Part shown: positions 63,798-64,000 of the stretch, piece by piece
Position numbering within the stretch: the stretch's first letter is position 1
Layout: each line of letters starts with the position of its first letter
DNA from: Perkinsus chesapeaki ATCC PRA-425
Taxonomy: Eukaryota; Protista; Perkinsozoa
Direction of reading: 5' to 3'
DNA: 64,000 nt
Assembly: GCA_013115145.1 (NCBI GenBank)
Contig: JAAPAO010000041.1
Coordinates: 45,685-109,684, forward strand
Position numbers and translations under genes: made by a program
Notes under the pieces: model-generated
The model's database searches: none
What the model was told of the DNA's origin: nothing
What the model saw: the letters and a program-made list of their open reading frames with translations, nothing else

Positions 63798-64000
63798 CGG
63801 CTGATAACGATGACAATTCACTGAATGCGAAAGTCGAGCATAAAACGATACAATAATGCCTGGATTACTACTCAGTAATCTTCAGCAATAACGGGCGGTG
63901 AAACAGCTTCACACGCCGAGAAATTTGGCGCACGCCGAAAAATGCATTGGTCACGCGCCACGAAATCAACTTATCGGAAAGTTGTCGAAATCAGTAGTAG

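Noticed and set aside
63924-63931. E2F-like TTTGGCGC site
   Set aside because: Single occurrence at the window edge; cannot be assigned to a factor.

Overview
This is a gene-dense, intron-rich eukaryotic window, not a prokaryotic one. Most genes are broken by short (~30-60 nt) GT-AG introns, so the ORF track shows only exon fragments. ApiAP2, an HPR/OPR-type repeat protein, flagellar genes and tightly packed same-strand gene runs point to a perkinsozoan alveolate, most likely Perkinsus (inference). I reconstructed about 28 protein genes by hand: a divergent dynein heavy chain (5'-partial), a 3xAP2 factor, ERCC1, a Mei2-like RRM protein, IFT81, a lipase-FYVE gene, a D/D-FYVE gene, FCP1, a mitochondrial carrier, PACRG, RPT2, MBF1, a SURP protein, an HPR protein, MAPR, PIBF1/CEP90-like, PRP31, RabGGTase-beta, eIF4G, an SHP-box membrane protein, an OTU-multi-RING fusion, an ENT and several orphans. 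There are two intact tRNAs (Thr-AGT inside a PACRG intron; Leu-CAG) and two tRNA-like relics. Best leads: (1) a putative ubiquitin-editing enzyme (otubain + 3 RING + IBR-like) directly behind a membrane protein ending in a p97-binding SHP box; (2) a probable D/D-FYVE-lipase-FYVE fusion; (3) tRNA and tRNA-derived elements in introns and at strand switches; (4) an oriented CGTGAC upstream motif; (5) an eIF4G whose 4E-binding motif has Tyr replaced by Leu. Exon boundaries are manual and some are ambiguous. No database searches were run.
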